Source: Clostridia bacterium (GTDB lineage Bacteria > Bacillota > Clostridia > Oscillospirales > CAG-272). Taken from it: DNA of 42,482 bases. A program made the position numbers and the translations under genes. The number at the start of each line of letters is the position of its first letter. Position 1 is the stretch's first letter. Location: positions 1 through 42,482 of the forward strand of contig JAFQPL010000010.1 of NCBI GenBank assembly GCA_017411785.1, given 5' to 3'. The notes below the pieces were generated by a model. It was not told where the DNA came from and made no database searches. It saw only the letters and a list, made by a program, of their open reading frames with translations. This document shows, piece by piece, positions 40,396 to 42,482 of the stretch.

Positions 40396-41544
40396 ATGAA
40401 AAACGTACTTTGTCTTAATAAGATTGCCGCAATAGGCACTGATCTTCTTGATAAAAACGTATATAACGTAGGTACGGAGGTCGCAAACCCCGATGCTATA
40501 ATGGTTCGCTCTGCGGCTATGCATGAAATGGAATTCGGAGCAGAGCTTAAGGCTATCGCAAGAGCAGGAGCGGGCGTTAATAACATTCCCGTTGACCGTT
40601 GCGCAAAGGAGGGAATAGTTGTATTCAATACTCCGGGTGCAAACGCAAACGGCGTTAAGGAGCTTTCTGTCTGCGCTCTTATGCTTGCTTCGCGTGATAT
40701 AGCGGGAGCTATGAAATGGGCAGAAACTCTTGCAGGCACAGAGGGAGTTGCTAAGGCAGTTGAAGCAGGAAAGTCCAAGTTTGCAGGCGTTGAGGTTAAG
40801 GGCAAGACCCTTGGAATCATCGGACTTGGCGCAATCGGAGCGCTTGTAGCAAACGCGGGTATAGCTCTTGGAATGAAGGTCATCGGATGCGATCCCTTTA
40901 TGAGTGTTGACGCGGCTTGGAAGCTTGATCCCGCGGTGGAGAAGGCTACAACCTTTGCCGAGGTTTTTGAAAAGGCTGATTATATTTCTCTTCATGTTCC
41001 CGCAACGAAGGATACAAAGGGAATGATCAACGCAGAAACTATTGCAACGATGAAGAACGGTGTAAGAGTTATAAACCTTGCGCGTGCCGATCTTGTTAAT
41101 AATGCCGATATCAAGGCGGCAATTGCCGACGGTAAGGTCGCAAAATACGTAACTGATTTCCCGACCGAAGAAACCGTTGGAGTGGAGGGAATAGTTGCTA
41201 TTCCTCACCTTGGAGCATCTACCGCAGAGTCCGAGGATAACTGCGCAGTTATGGCGGCACTTCAGCTTGACGATTTCCTTCGTAACGGAAATATCAAGAA
41301 TAGCGTAAACTTTGCTAACGTATCTATGGCTCGCAGCGGAGACGCAAGAATTTGCGTGCTTTCCGCGGCAACCGATACGCTCGTTGCGGATATCACTGCG
41401 GCGGCAGGGGTTGCTATCGTAGGTATCGCAAGTAAGGCAAGAGGCGAGAACGCATACACTATTATCGACGTAAACGGCGACGCAAGTGCGGCTGTAGCTA
41501 ATATAGCGGCTCTTGACTCTGTTTACAGAGCTTATGCGATATAA
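40396..41544 (+). CDS. serA: D-3-phosphoglycerate dehydrogenase with a C-terminal ACT-like domain
   Basis: It has 2-hydroxyacid dehydrogenase motifs (GIIGLGAIG, LARADLV, PHLGAST) and follows serC. ATG 40396 after AAAGAGG is preferred to the track TTG at 40375. Confidence 0.88.
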   Translation: MKNVLCLNKIAAIGTDLLDKNVYNVGTEVANPDAIMVRSAAMHEMEFGAELKAIARAGAGVNNIPVDRCAKEGIVVFNTPGANANGVKELSVCALMLASRDIAGAMKWAETLAGTEGVAKAVEAGKSKFAGVEVKGKTLGIIGLGAIGALVANAGIALGMKVIGCDPFMSVDAAWKLDPAVEKATTFAEVFEKADYISLHVPATKDTKGMINAETIATMKNGVRVINLARADLVNNADIKAAIADGKVAKYVTDFPTEETVGVEGIVAIPHLGASTAESEDNCAVMAALQLDDFLRNGNIKNSVNFANVSMARSGDARICVLSAATDTLVADITAAAGVAIVGIASKARGENAYTIIDVNGDASAAVANIAALDSVYRAYAI

Positions 41545-41567
41545 ATTAAATTGAATTGGATAATATT

Positions 41568-41610
41568 GAGGGGGAAGAAACTTTCTTGAAAGAAAGCTTT
41601 CTTCCCCCTC
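41568..41610 (+). terminator. 19-bp hairpin after serA, without a canonical U-tract
   Basis: The hairpin is GAGGGGGAAGAAACTTTCT-TGAA-AGAAAG(C)TTTCTTCCCCCTC. It is followed by AACCCCTATCTTC. Confidence 0.5.
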
Positions 41611-41802
41611 AACCCCTATCTTCAAAGAACTTTACTCTTGGTGTTGTATCAAAACGATATTTCGGTCTACGTTTTGTATGTATGAAATTAAAGTCCAAGC
41701 AATTGCTTTTTCTTTGCGTCGAATTCTTCTTGATGTAAATAGGTGCCAAAAATTTTTTATATTTGATTTTGATAAAATAATATCTTTTTTTATCAAATTT
41801 TA

Positions 41803-41831
41803 TTGACAAAGCAGGGCGTTTGTGTTATAAT
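41803..41831 (+). promoter_or_regulatory. consensus sigma-A promoter for gdhA (TTGACA-17-TATAAT with TGn)
   Basis: TTGACA lies at 41803-41808 and TGT-TATAAT ends at 41831. Confidence 0.7.
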
Positions 41832-41887
41832 AGACTCGATATTTGAAATTTTAGAATTGCAAACTTGCAAATTTAAAACAAAAATAA

Positions 41888-42482
<595 letters not shown>

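Noticed and set aside
41556-41809. Two ORFs of 60-66 aa (41556-41738 + and 41609-41809 -) lie in the serA-gdhA intergenic region.
   Set aside because: They start within or read through the large hairpin and the AT-rich promoter region. They have no RBS and biased composition. I treat the region as non-coding.

Overview
This is a chromosomal window from a spore-forming Firmicute that looks like a member of the Clostridia. Supporting markers are the spoIIAA-spoIIAB-sigF operon, a SCIFF ranthipeptide pair, a clostridial 2x[4Fe-4S] ferredoxin and a split transketolase. Most of the content is core housekeeping. In order: (1) the distal part of a dcw cell-wall/division cluster (murE', murF, mraY, ftsW/spoVE, murG, ftsQ) that ends in two tandem ftsZ paralogs; (2) a BspA-type LRR lipoprotein; (3) a minus-strand block with ferredoxin, an N6-adenine methyltransferase, a TtcA-like PP-loop ATPase, the SCIFF precursor, its radical SAM maturase and a PLP decarboxylase-family gene; (4) the sigF operon; (5) pgk-tpiA; (6) rbfA with a DHH phosphoesterase; (7) a cyclophilin lipoprotein; (8) a second LRR protein; (9) tRNA-Gln; (10) an MBL-fold protein; (11) an operon with a duplicated-domain membrane protein, a tandem P-II-like protein, an SGNH-like hydrolase and hemW; (12) a DUF1292-like gene; (13) an unassigned structured RNA candidate; (14) rpsF-ssb-rpsR; (15) tRNA-Thr and tRNA-Tyr; (16) a small lipoprotein; (17) a heparinase II/III-like lipoprotein; (18) a minus-strand run of aminotransferase, trpS and split transketolase; (19) a ThyX-fold protein that lacks the ThyX motif; (20) serC-serA; (21) the 5' part of gdhA. 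I found no transposase, integrase, CRISPR array, cas gene or recognisable defence or toxin-antitoxin genes. The features most worth follow-up are these: the diverged tandem ftsZ pair with duplicated promoters; a modular GTGAAAT/hairpin repeat element present twice in inverted orientation, each copy starting flush at a tRNA CCA end and followed by a consensus promoter; the membrane protein plus double P-II-like operon; the roughly 200-250 nt structured RNA candidate upstream of rpsF; and the degenerate ThyX-like protein. All functional calls come from motif recognition by eye and from gene context. No database search was run.
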